Source: Bacteroidales bacterium (GTDB lineage Bacteria; Bacteroidota; Bacteroidia; Bacteroidales; UBA932). Taken from it: DNA of 64,000 bases. Where the stretch lies: positions 45,701-109,700 of the forward strand of contig JAILLE010000019.1 of assembly GCA_024693285.1 (NCBI GenBank), given 5' to 3'. Every line of letters begins with the position of its first letter. The stretch's first letter is position 1. The notes below the pieces were generated by a model. The model had not been told where the DNA came from and did no database searches. It was given only the letters and a program-made list of their open reading frames with translations. The position numbers and the translations under genes were made by a program. Below are positions 52,532 to 61,489 of the stretch, in pieces.

Positions 52532-53398
52532 TTATTTAACAATCAAATAGGTTCCTCCGGCCACGACCAGCGCGACCAAGATGATTATGGCGATGTAGAC
52601 CAACCCATACATCACGCCTGTCTTGATTGTCAGACCCAGGCTCTTTTTTATGGAGATTTCGAACAGCTGGCAATAATCAAAAACAAGAAGGATCGCCATA
52701 AGCCAGAGTCCGATTTCCCCTCTTTTACCTAATGGTAGAAATAGGGAAAAGAGCATGAAGAAGCAAAACTGACAAAGCACATAGGCAGCGATTGCGGCAG
52801 CCGCGGAAAAAGATATTTTCTTTTTCCTGAGAGCCCAGGCCATGGCTAACCAAAGGACAATGAAACTACCCAGGAACAGATAAACGCCTTGACTTCGCAG
52901 AGCCCCTTCGAAAGCGGCTATTGAAGCTTTTAGCGGGGTGTCAACATCTTCCGGATGCTGGTCCAAACTGAATATATGCCGATATTTCGCGATGAATGTC
53001 ACGAACTTAACCCGGGTAGGATCTAAATTTAAGGAATCATCCTGGCTTATAAACACAGCTGGAGAAACTCCTTCGGTTTTGGCTTTGACGGCATTGAAAT
53101 TCGGATTGATGATGGAAGAGATCAAGGCGAAGAAGGCATAGAAGATAATCAGTGATGTCAACGGAGCGAGATAGCGTTCATGCTGCCCGTTGAGGTAATC
53201 CCTGATCATATAGCCAGGCCTGAGCAGAAGGTGGGCGAAGGTGCGTTTGGCATCCTCATTCAGGAAGGGGATACTGTCAAAAGCGCCTTTAGAGAATCCG
53301 TCTTTGCGGGACACTTCCTTTGCGCGCCTCCATGGGATGAAACCCAGGGTCTGCCAAATTCTGAAAGCCCTGTATCGGGTCTGGAAAGAATGCTTCAT
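52532..53398 (-). CDS. Membrane protein (DUF3667-like)
   Basis: Start probably ATG 53398; TFAHLLLRPGYMIRDYLNG...YLAP motif and several TM helices. Confidence 0.7.
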   Translation of the reverse strand: MKHSFQTRYRAFRIWQTLGFIPWRRAKEVSRKDGFSKGAFDSIPFLNEDAKRTFAHLLLRPGYMIRDYLNGQHERYLAPLTSLIIFYAFFALISSIINPNFNAVKAKTEGVSPAVFISQDDSLNLDPTRVKFVTFIAKYRHIFSLDQHPEDVDTPLKASIAAFEGALRSQGVYLFLGSFIVLWLAMAWALRKKKISFSAAAAIAAYVLCQFCFFMLFSLFLPLGKRGEIGLWLMAILLVFDYCQLFEISIKKSLGLTIKTGVMYGLVYIAIIILVALVVAGGTYLIVK

Positions 53399-53515
53399 AC
53401 CGCAAGCAAGATCTAAAGATAAAGTCAAATATACAAAATAAATCATTATCTTTGGTTTTACTGGTCTTTACGCATGTTGATTGACCTTCCTAATGAGCGA
53501 TAAACACATGATGAT

Positions 53516-54826
53516 ATGACACGAAGAGAGTTTATGGAAAAAAGTGCCGCACTTGGTGCTGGTCTCGCGATGAGTCCACTTATGTTTCGAATGGCCGCGA
53601 AGCCTGTTGGGGCAAATGACAAGATTCACCTCGGCTTGATAGGTTGCCGTAGTCAGGGATTCGCTGACCTTCAGGCTTTCCTGCGCAATCCGGAGGTCGA
53701 TTGTATCGCTCTCTGCGATATTGACCAAAGCGTGCTTGAAGAGCGAGCCGCGGACACGGAGAAGATTCAGGGCAAAAAGGTTAAGCACCTATACAAAGAT
53801 TGGAGAAAACTAATTGACAACAAGGATGTTGATGTAGTCATAATCGGCACTCCTGACCACTGGCATTGCCTTCAGTTAGTGGCAGCGTGCGAGGCCGGAA
53901 AGGATGTATATTGCGAGAAACCTCTTGGAAATAGCATAGAGGAATGCAACATCATGGTTCGAGCGGCTGAGAAATATAACCGGATCGTGCAGGTGGGACA
54001 ATGGCAACGCAGTGATCCTCATTGGCAGGACGCTATGGATTTTGTGCACAGTGGCAAGCTTGGCAAAATCCGCACTGTGAGGGTGTTTTCTTATCAAGGT
54101 TGGTGCCCTTCAATACCGGTTCAGCCTGACCAGCCGGTTCCGGATGGTGTCGATTATGATATGTGGCTTGGCCCAGCCCCGCTGCGTCCATTCAATCCTA
54201 ATCGTTTTCATTTCACTTTCAGATGGTTCTGGGATTATGCGGGTGGCTTGATGACCGACTGGGGAGTCCATCTGTTGGACTACGCCCTTTATGGAATGAA
54301 TGTCACCGCTCCAAATAGCATCATGGCATCGGGAGGCAAGTTCGGCTATCCTGATGACGCTTGCGAGACCCCTGACTTGCTCCAGACAGTTTACACTTTC
54401 GATGATTTCACTGTAATGTGGGATCATGCGATCGGAATCGATGACGGCGCTTACGGCAGGAATCATGGCCTAGGGTTCGTGGGCGAGAACGGAACCCTTG
54501 TTATCGACCGAGGGGGATGGGAGGTTATTCCTGAGAAGGTCAACGGAGTCGAGCGCATGGAAGCTGTCGAATTGCGGAAGAGTTATGGCGAGGGAGGCTT
54601 GAACCTGCACGTGAAGAACCATCTGGAGTGCATCAAGAGCCGGAATCCCAACTGCAACGCCAGCATCCAGATCGGAGCTCATATCGCCAAGTTCGCCCAT
54701 TTGGGCAATATCGCTTACCGTACTGGCAAGAAGCTCACTTGGGACGGCAAGACGTTCCATGACGCGGAGGCGGACACCTACCTTTGCAAGACTTACCGTG
54801 AGCCTTGGAAATTGCCCCGGATTTAG
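53516..54826 (+). CDS. Gfo/Idh/MocA family oxidoreductase, Tat-exported
   Basis: TRREF leader; IGTPDHWH, KDVYCEKP, YDMWLGPAP, DWGVHLLD. Confidence 0.93.
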   Translation: MTRREFMEKSAALGAGLAMSPLMFRMAAKPVGANDKIHLGLIGCRSQGFADLQAFLRNPEVDCIALCDIDQSVLEERAADTEKIQGKKVKHLYKDWRKLIDNKDVDVVIIGTPDHWHCLQLVAACEAGKDVYCEKPLGNSIEECNIMVRAAEKYNRIVQVGQWQRSDPHWQDAMDFVHSGKLGKIRTVRVFSYQGWCPSIPVQPDQPVPDGVDYDMWLGPAPLRPFNPNRFHFTFRWFWDYAGGLMTDWGVHLLDYALYGMNVTAPNSIMASGGKFGYPDDACETPDLLQTVYTFDDFTVMWDHAIGIDDGAYGRNHGLGFVGENGTLVIDRGGWEVIPEKVNGVERMEAVELRKSYGEGGLNLHVKNHLECIKSRNPNCNASIQIGAHIAKFAHLGNIAYRTGKKLTWDGKTFHDAEADTYLCKTYREPWKLPRI

Positions 54827-54853
54827 AAGCACTTGATTATTAACTCTTTTAAT

Positions 54854-56299
54854 ATGTTAAGGATTAAACATCTCATTATACTGTCTTTGGGAATCATCCT
54901 GGCAGCTTGTTCATCCAAAGAAAAACCGGAAGCATCAAAGGACATAGCCCTACGTTTCAACGACCAAGGGACTTTCAAGATCTTGCAACTGACAGACACC
55001 CACATCTGTTGGGAGAATCAAGAAGAATACGTCAAGGCTCTCAATCAGCTGTGCTATATGCTTGACACAGAGAAACCTGACATCGCGGTATTCACCGGAG
55101 ATGTGGTGACCGGCATCGGTGCTGATTCTTCCTGGGTCAATTTCCTGAAGCCTTTTGATGAAAAGGGAATACCCTTTGTCGTGACTTTCGGTAACCATGA
55201 CAGGGAGCAGGAATTGACGGAGCGTCAGCTCGCGGATATCGTGATGTCGCATCCGATGAGCCTGAACACGGCCAAGTCCGGCTGGCTGGACGACGTGGCA
55301 GTGGAAATCAAGTCCTCTACTGGAGACGGGATCGCCGCCCTATTGTATTGCATGGATTCAGGAGACTACTCCATGAATGAGGCCGTGGATTCGCATTACG
55401 GATGGTTCAGATGGGACCAGGTGGAATGGTATCGCCAGACCAGTTTCGCCTATACCAATGCACATGCGGGCGTGCCTTATCCGGCATATTCATTCTTTCA
55501 TATTCCTCTTTTGGAATATGGGGAAACAATCAAGTCTGCCCCGGCGGTGTCGGGCGTCCGGGAGGAAGACGAATGCCCCGGTTACTTGAACACCGGACTA
55601 TTCTCGGCTTTTGTTGAGTGCGGTGATGTACATGCCATTTTTACCGGCCATGACCATGTCAATGACTATGTTGTCAATAAGGATGACGTTTACTTGATCT
55701 ACGGAAGGTTCTCCGGCAGGAACACGACTTACAATAATCTGCCATTTGGCGCAAGGGTCATCGAGTTGACCGAAGGCGATTACGGTCTCCGCACGTGGGT
55801 CCGAGAGGAGGATGGTGGAGTCGTTCAGGTGGACACATTGAAAGTGGATCTGGATTACACCCTTCACAAGGCCGTTGACGCGAAAGGAAAGGAGCATGGC
55901 TTGACCAGGACGGAATATATCGGAGACTACACCGTCGCCGAAGACATCCTTTCCGGAACCAAGATGGCCTCAGAGGTCGTCAGTACCCCGTTTGTCGTAC
56001 GCAAAAGGCATACTGAGTCACATGGTTACCTGCAGACCGGTAAACTCTTCGTTCCAGAGACAGGAGTCTGGTTTTTCCATGTGACAAGTCGTGGGAAAGC
56101 CACTCTTCACGTTGATGACTGGACCATCAGCGGTGACGACCTTTTCCAGGGAAGGATCAATCTTGAGAAGGGCTTCCATGATTTCAGAGTGATAATGGCC
56201 GACAAGGCAGGAGGTCAGGATAGGTTAAGGGTTCAATGGCGTCGCTTGGACCACGCTAAGTACCAGGACATTCCTGAAGAGTATCTGTACCTGGAATAA
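54854..56299 (+). CDS. Metallophosphoesterase lipoprotein with C-terminal PA14-like domain
   Basis: ATG 54854; lipobox LAAC; QLTDTH, TGD, FGNHD, FHIP, GHDHVND; INLEKGFH C-terminal domain. Confidence 0.87.
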   Translation: MLRIKHLIILSLGIILAACSSKEKPEASKDIALRFNDQGTFKILQLTDTHICWENQEEYVKALNQLCYMLDTEKPDIAVFTGDVVTGIGADSSWVNFLKPFDEKGIPFVVTFGNHDREQELTERQLADIVMSHPMSLNTAKSGWLDDVAVEIKSSTGDGIAALLYCMDSGDYSMNEAVDSHYGWFRWDQVEWYRQTSFAYTNAHAGVPYPAYSFFHIPLLEYGETIKSAPAVSGVREEDECPGYLNTGLFSAFVECGDVHAIFTGHDHVNDYVVNKDDVYLIYGRFSGRNTTYNNLPFGARVIELTEGDYGLRTWVREEDGGVVQVDTLKVDLDYTLHKAVDAKGKEHGLTRTEYIGDYTVAEDILSGTKMASEVVSTPFVVRKRHTESHGYLQTGKLFVPETGVWFFHVTSRGKATLHVDDWTISGDDLFQGRINLEKGFHDFRVIMADKAGGQDRLRVQWRRLDHAKYQDIPEEYLYLE

Positions 56300-57434
56300 C
56301 CCTTCCTTTTTGCACCACGAGTTTCACGTTGATATCGTTATCGTAGATGACGATATCGGCGTCCTTGCCTTTTTGAAGTGTTCCCTTCCGGTCCTCCACT
56401 CCGAGAATCCGGGCCGGAGTCTCGGAACTCATCCGGATGACATCATCGAATGGAATACCCGCGCTCACCATCGTTCTGATAAGGACATCCATGGTGGCTA
56501 CACTGCCGGCCAGGGCGGAGCGGTCTGACAGTTTGCACACCCCGTCCTCAACTATGACACGCCCGTCGGAGATGCCGTTCACGTCGCCGCCCGCGGAGGC
56601 GGCCAGGGCGTCGGTGATGAGAGCCATCCTGTCCGCTCCTTTTATCTGGTATATTAATCGGAGAATCGTCGGCGGGACATGTTTGCCGTCAGCGATCACC
56701 TCGACCGTCATTCCAGGAATAAGGTAAACGCTCTCGATCGTCCCCTCATGTTTGTATTCCCGGACATTATGGACACTTGTCATAGCGTTGTAGAAATGGG
56801 TCGCATGAGTGCAGCCGCATTCGAAGGCTTTGAGAACTTGGGAATATTCCGCTTCGGTATGGGCCAGAGACGCCAGGACCGAATGCTCCCGGAGACATTT
56901 GGCAAAGGCTTCTGTGCCAGGAAGTTCCGGGGCGAAATCCCACCTTTTAATGACTTTTGTGCTATCCAGGATAGACTTATAATCCTCCTCTATGGGGGGA
57001 GTGACATATTCCGGAATGATAGCTCCGACCTTGCGGGGATTCAGGTACGGTCCTTCAAGATGAAGCCCTAGCAGAGGCGAGCCTGGCTCGGAAATCAATT
57101 TCTCGCAGGTACTTATAGATTTCCAGATCGTCTCGACAGGGCAGGCTGGCAGGGTGGCGAGGAACGACGTGGTGCCGCATCGCACATGTGAGGCCATCAC
57201 ATTGCGGAAAGCATCCTCGGTCGCCTCTTCAAACTCCCTACCTCCACCACCATGAATATGGAGGTCTATTCCACCGGGAACCACGAACATTCCCTTCGCG
57301 TCATATACCTTCGCGTCCGGAATCTCAATAGAAGAGCTGGTGATTTCCTCAATGACGCCGTCTTTGATAATGACGTTCGCGTTGATGGTCCCAGATGGGG
57401 TCAGGACCTTTCCTCCGGCAATTATAAGGAACAT
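56256..57434 (-). CDS. nagA: N-acetylglucosamine-6-phosphate deacetylase
   Basis: ATG 57434; PGGIDLHIHG, LHLEGP, APEL, THFYNAM, ADGKH, ITDA, LAGS. Confidence 0.92.
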   Translation of the reverse strand: MFLIIAGGKVLTPSGTINANVIIKDGVIEEITSSSIEIPDAKVYDAKGMFVVPGGIDLHIHGGGGREFEEATEDAFRNVMASHVRCGTTSFLATLPACPVETIWKSISTCEKLISEPGSPLLGLHLEGPYLNPRKVGAIIPEYVTPPIEEDYKSILDSTKVIKRWDFAPELPGTEAFAKCLREHSVLASLAHTEAEYSQVLKAFECGCTHATHFYNAMTSVHNVREYKHEGTIESVYLIPGMTVEVIADGKHVPPTILRLIYQIKGADRMALITDALAASAGGDVNGISDGRVIVEDGVCKLSDRSALAGSVATMDVLIRTMVSAGIPFDDVIRMSSETPARILGVEDRKGTLQKGKDADIVIYDNDINVKLVVQKGRVIPGTDTLQECPGT

Positions 57435-57447
57435 CGTGCGGAAACTA

Positions 57448-58383
57448 TTAATTGAAAGGAATATAGGACATCCAGTCAGTTTCAAGTTCGTAAGGGTACA
57501 GGGGCTTCTCGATGGATATGGGATTGGTGTCCACCGGCCAGTTGTTGGTGTGCCAGTAATTGAGGCGATACTTTGTCTTCAGGCAGGGGACGCCGTCTTT
57601 TGACGGATGGCCGGGAAATAATTCTCTCCCTCCTTTATAGTCCCATAAGATCACTTTTTCGCCCGTCTCAGGGTGGATCAACCACCAGACAAGATGGTCG
57701 GGATACCAGTCCCAGCCATAGGTGTAAAACTGTTTGGAAGCATCGTAGCCCTCGATGGCTTCAACTGACTCTGGCATATTCTGAAGATCAGTCAAAGCGG
57801 TTCTGGGAATCCGGTCGACAGAGCCGTCAGGCAAGCGAGTCTCTCCTCTATAAGTGGTTTCTAGAATCTCCCCTGTGGCCAGATTGATTGTGCGCCCGAC
57901 ACGGTTCAGAGATCCTCTCTTGCCGGTCCATGTGCCTATGTAGATTATGCGTGGATCCGCCAGAAGCCATTCGAAATCAATCTCACTCAGTCCGAATTCC
58001 GGGTCGACATTGTAAGTGAAATACCCCACTACTGCTCCGATATTAGGCTGCGCGTCCCTGGCGTTTGGAACTTTAAGCCTTGCGGAATAACTGCCGTAGA
58101 AGGTGTAGTCTTTTGAAATGATCTCAGGGCCCTTTCCCGCACCGGCCGGATCAGCCGGATCAATGCGGTAGAGCATGATGTCAGTACCCTCCTCCGAGAA
58201 GGAGCGTATGCCTGAATAGTAGCGGGAATCAAAGCCTGATGGCCTGTAGTTGTAATCGAAGAATTCCGATGTCTCTTTTGAGAAGTTCTCGGTAAAGGCA
58301 CCGTGGAACTTCACCTCTTGAGCAAATGCCTGTCCAGCCGCTAGCAGGAGCATGGCGGTGAGAGTAAATAAGAGTTTCCTCAT
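57448..58383 (-). CDS. GH16-family glycoside hydrolase
   Basis: Signal peptide; YGSYSAR, EIDFE catalytic motif, FYTYGWDW. Confidence 0.8.
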   Translation of the reverse strand: MRKLLFTLTAMLLLAAGQAFAQEVKFHGAFTENFSKETSEFFDYNYRPSGFDSRYYSGIRSFSEEGTDIMLYRIDPADPAGAGKGPEIISKDYTFYGSYSARLKVPNARDAQPNIGAVVGYFTYNVDPEFGLSEIDFEWLLADPRIIYIGTWTGKRGSLNRVGRTINLATGEILETTYRGETRLPDGSVDRIPRTALTDLQNMPESVEAIEGYDASKQFYTYGWDWYPDHLVWWLIHPETGEKVILWDYKGGRELFPGHPSKDGVPCLKTKYRLNYWHTNNWPVDTNPISIEKPLYPYELETDWMSYIPFN

Positions 58384-58385
58384 GA

Positions 58386-59126
58386 TTACAGGTCGTCGAT
58401 AGGGTTCCTTCCCAATGTGCCTGAAGAAGGTGTAGTCCCAAGGTTTGAATACTTCAGGATCACATGCCAGGAAGATTGGTTCTTCACGTCGGCGTCAAGG
58501 GAGATGGTCCCGTTAGGAAGGTTGTATACCGCGAGATTGTTCCCGGTGGAAGTGACTGGCTCAATGCCATATTTCTGGGTGAGGGAGGCCTGAAGTGAAT
58601 CGTAGGCCTTCTCCAATGTGTCCCAATCCTGGATCACAGGGAAGTCAATGCGGACTTCCTGGACAGGGTTGTTCCCGGAAGGAGTCACCTTACATCCGCT
58701 ATATCCAGCGAAATCTCCTGTAAATGAGCCGTTTCCGGTATTTTTAAAGCCAGCCTTGACCAGTTCGTTTCCAAAAGCCGAGAGAGAGCCCTTGATGGGA
58801 ATTCCCTTGAAGGTTAAAGGGGTTGTTGATGTAGTAGTGGTTGTGGAAGGAACAGTGGTTGTGGTTGTTGAATTGTCGTCATCTCCGATGCCGAGTTGCC
58901 TTTCCAGATCCTTGATGTCCTGTGGGACATCCTTGTCATTCGAGTTTTCTTTTTTAGAAGTTTTATCTTTCGGGGTGAACCATCCACCATCTGTCTCTTC
59001 GGAAGTCTCGTTACCACCGCCCAATCCTCCGGGCAGAGAAATCACATTTCCGTAGTGCTCTGAGCAGTATTTCACCGCCAGGAAAGCGACCGCAAGGATC
59101 ACGATAAGTCTAATAAGCTTTTTCAT
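58386..59126 (-). CDS. Hypothetical membrane-anchored protein with Thr-rich linker
   Basis: N-terminal hydrophobic anchor, low-complexity G/K/E/T linker (STTTTTVPSTTTTTSTTP), folded C-terminal domain beginning LTFKGIPIKG. Confidence 0.8.
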   Translation of the reverse strand: MKKLIRLIVILAVAFLAVKYCSEHYGNVISLPGGLGGGNETSEETDGGWFTPKDKTSKKENSNDKDVPQDIKDLERQLGIGDDDNSTTTTTVPSTTTTTSTTPLTFKGIPIKGSLSAFGNELVKAGFKNTGNGSFTGDFAGYSGCKVTPSGNNPVQEVRIDFPVIQDWDTLEKAYDSLQASLTQKYGIEPVTSTGNNLAVYNLPNGTISLDADVKNQSSWHVILKYSNLGTTPSSGTLGRNPIDDL

Positions 59127-59168
59127 TTTCAGTTGATTATCAATACCACAAATATAAGAATCACTTCC

Positions 59169-60071
59169 TTAACCTGCGACATTCTTCTTAAAGATCTTCT
59201 TGAAACAGTTGATTACTATTCTTTTGCAGAATAACATGGCCAAGAGGAAAGAATCCGCGACGGCTGTTTTTGTTCCTTTTGTTATTAATAGAATATCGTA
59301 GGATTGCTTCCAAAATACCCAACGGAACTTTTTATGTCCCCAATGGAGCAGATAACCGGTTGATGTTTCTAATCCATTAATATTTAAGTGCTTGTACGCA
59401 AGTTCGCCTCGTTTTATGTTGAGTTTGTCAAACTTAACCAAAGGCATATAACAAATCCATGGGAAATAATTGTCTGCGGGAGCGTATCCATGAACTGCGC
59501 AGGCTAATGCGAATACTGGTTCGTCGGCGGGTTTTTTAAATAGCCTGAATTTATAGTCAAAAAAGTGTTCATGGACATATTCGACAGTGCCGATGAAGTC
59601 GGATAAGCCTGCTCCATTCCGGTCAATATAATAAGCTCCTCCGTGGAAAGTAATGCAGAACTTAATCTTGTCAGAAAACTCGCCGATATCGCTTTTTTTG
59701 AACCAACCTTTTTCCGAGTCGAGAGGCAGTTGTCGTCCGAGAACGCCAAAGGCAGGAGCGCCTTCAAACATCTTCCACATATCATTCAAATCCCTGTATG
59801 CCAGGCAATCGGCGTCGACAAAAATGGTCTGGTCGTATGGGACAAGGCTTGGAAGGCTCAATTTGTCATTGTATGAGCGGGCAGGATCCCGCAACAAGAT
59901 GACATCGTCAAAACAATCAGTATATCTGTTAGTTCTATCGCAGATGATGGCGAAAGGCAACGGGTTCTTAGCGAAATGACGGTAAGACAACAAAAGATTT
60001 TTCGCCATGATGTAATACATGGTGTTCCCTGTCGCTATGGTGACGAACCCTTTTCTCGCGCTTTCCCGCAT
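59169..60071 (-). CDS. Putative glycosyltransferase (GT-A fold, GT8-like)
   Basis: GFVTIATG, KL...PYDQTIFVDAD (DxD), DEP and LLHW motifs. Confidence 0.65.
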   Translation of the reverse strand: MRESARKGFVTIATGNTMYYIMAKNLLLSYRHFAKNPLPFAIICDRTNRYTDCFDDVILLRDPARSYNDKLSLPSLVPYDQTIFVDADCLAYRDLNDMWKMFEGAPAFGVLGRQLPLDSEKGWFKKSDIGEFSDKIKFCITFHGGAYYIDRNGAGLSDFIGTVEYVHEHFFDYKFRLFKKPADEPVFALACAVHGYAPADNYFPWICYMPLVKFDKLNIKRGELAYKHLNINGLETSTGYLLHWGHKKFRWVFWKQSYDILLITKGTKTAVADSFLLAMLFCKRIVINCFKKIFKKNVAG

Positions 60072-60093
60072 AACAGTTTATTGTTTTAGACCA

Positions 60094-61410
60094 TCATCTG
60101 GGGCTCGCTTCAATCAGTATCCCTTGGCAGGAGGAGACTGGGATTTCGTACCAGCCTTCGGCGTCCCTGCGCATAGGAATATATCCATCTCCACTTCTTA
60201 CGGTGACCTCTTTCCCGGGGGCCTTGAAACGTAGGAGATGTTTCTTGGGAGCTTTGTCAAAGGGATCGTCAGCGACACAGATAAACAGAGCCTCGGCATC
60301 GCTTCCGTCCTTAGCCACCATCTTTCCTACAACCAGAGGGCATCCGGCTGAAAGGTTGGAGAATACCTCGTCACTATATTCCTTGAGACTGCTCTCTGAA
60401 GTTTCTTCGAGCATGTCAGTCCCGTCGAAACCGACGAAGGATGTGGACTTGTTGATATATTTCATATAGTCCTTTCCAATGGAATGTAGTTCGGCGTTGA
60501 CCTTTTTCAGCTTGTCATATTGCTGGGTCTTCTTTCCGTTCTCATCCACCACTTGGTTCTTCCACCAACCGGCGGTATAACAAGCCCAAGTCAGGTTCTC
60601 CGCACCGAAAGCCAGGGCGGAATAAGCTTGGAACCTCAGTTCGTTTTCCTTGATCCAAACCTTTGGGTCAGAACTATTTACCTGCACTGTTACCCACATT
60701 CCCCGGCCAGTTCTACGGCAAGCGTCGGAAACAACAACGAGATTGGCGTAGTCCTTCGCCACTCCTATGGTTTTGTAATAGAAATCATATGAGATATAGT
60801 CTGCCGGAACAAATTCGCAATACTGCCGGATATGCTCTTCGTATGTAGGGGTGCCAAGTTGGTTCTTAGTCTGGACATCAGTGTTCTGTGACACGGAAGC
60901 ATAGTTCGGATAGAGATTGATGAAGGCGAACTGATTTGGGAACAGCTCCTCAACCTTCCTGAGCACTTTCCCGTAATATGGAAAATCCAGAGCGGAAGGC
61001 TCATCTCCGATATCGATGCCCCATATTGCCGGATGGTCTTGGAAAGAGGCTGCGGCTTCCTCATATTTTGAAAGGGGGTTGGTCTCCTCCAGCTTGCCGG
61101 CATTGTCTCCATCGCCGCCCCACCAGCCTGGAACGATTCCGCTGACGATGGCGCCGACGCCATATTTGTTGAACAGATCCAAAGCCGTGCGATCGTTTTC
61201 CATGCATATCACGAAATCAATCCCGCAATCAGCCAAATCCTTGATATGTGCCTCCGTACGGGCATAGGGCCGGAGATGGTAAACTCCAATATTCAGCTTG
61301 CCTCGATCCATCCGGCCAGCCTTTGTCGCATAATTAGAGGTGTTCTGGGCAAATATTCCTGTTGTGGCGGCAACCGCAATCACCGCCGCGATAATTCTAG
61401 GTGTCTTCAT
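60094..61410 (-). CDS. Secreted putative glycoside hydrolase (TIM-barrel-like)
   Basis: ATG 61410; signal peptide; HPAIWGIDIGDEP, FINLYP, DYISYDFY, ALAFGA. Confidence 0.6.
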   Translation of the reverse strand: MKTPRIIAAVIAVAATTGIFAQNTSNYATKAGRMDRGKLNIGVYHLRPYARTEAHIKDLADCGIDFVICMENDRTALDLFNKYGVGAIVSGIVPGWWGGDGDNAGKLEETNPLSKYEEAAASFQDHPAIWGIDIGDEPSALDFPYYGKVLRKVEELFPNQFAFINLYPNYASVSQNTDVQTKNQLGTPTYEEHIRQYCEFVPADYISYDFYYKTIGVAKDYANLVVVSDACRRTGRGMWVTVQVNSSDPKVWIKENELRFQAYSALAFGAENLTWACYTAGWWKNQVVDENGKKTQQYDKLKKVNAELHSIGKDYMKYINKSTSFVGFDGTDMLEETSESSLKEYSDEVFSNLSAGCPLVVGKMVAKDGSDAEALFICVADDPFDKAPKKHLLRFKAPGKEVTVRSGDGYIPMRRDAEGWYEIPVSSCQGILIEASPR

Positions 61411-61489
61411 ATTAACAAAGATAGTGAAAAAGTATTTCACTATCTTTTGTTGTATTTATGAAGATGCTAAAAAGAACTATAAAAAGCTA

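Noticed and set aside
58825-58875. GTT/GTA/GTG-rich low-complexity tract
   Set aside because: Explained by the Thr-rich protein linker; not a pure repeat suggesting phase variation.
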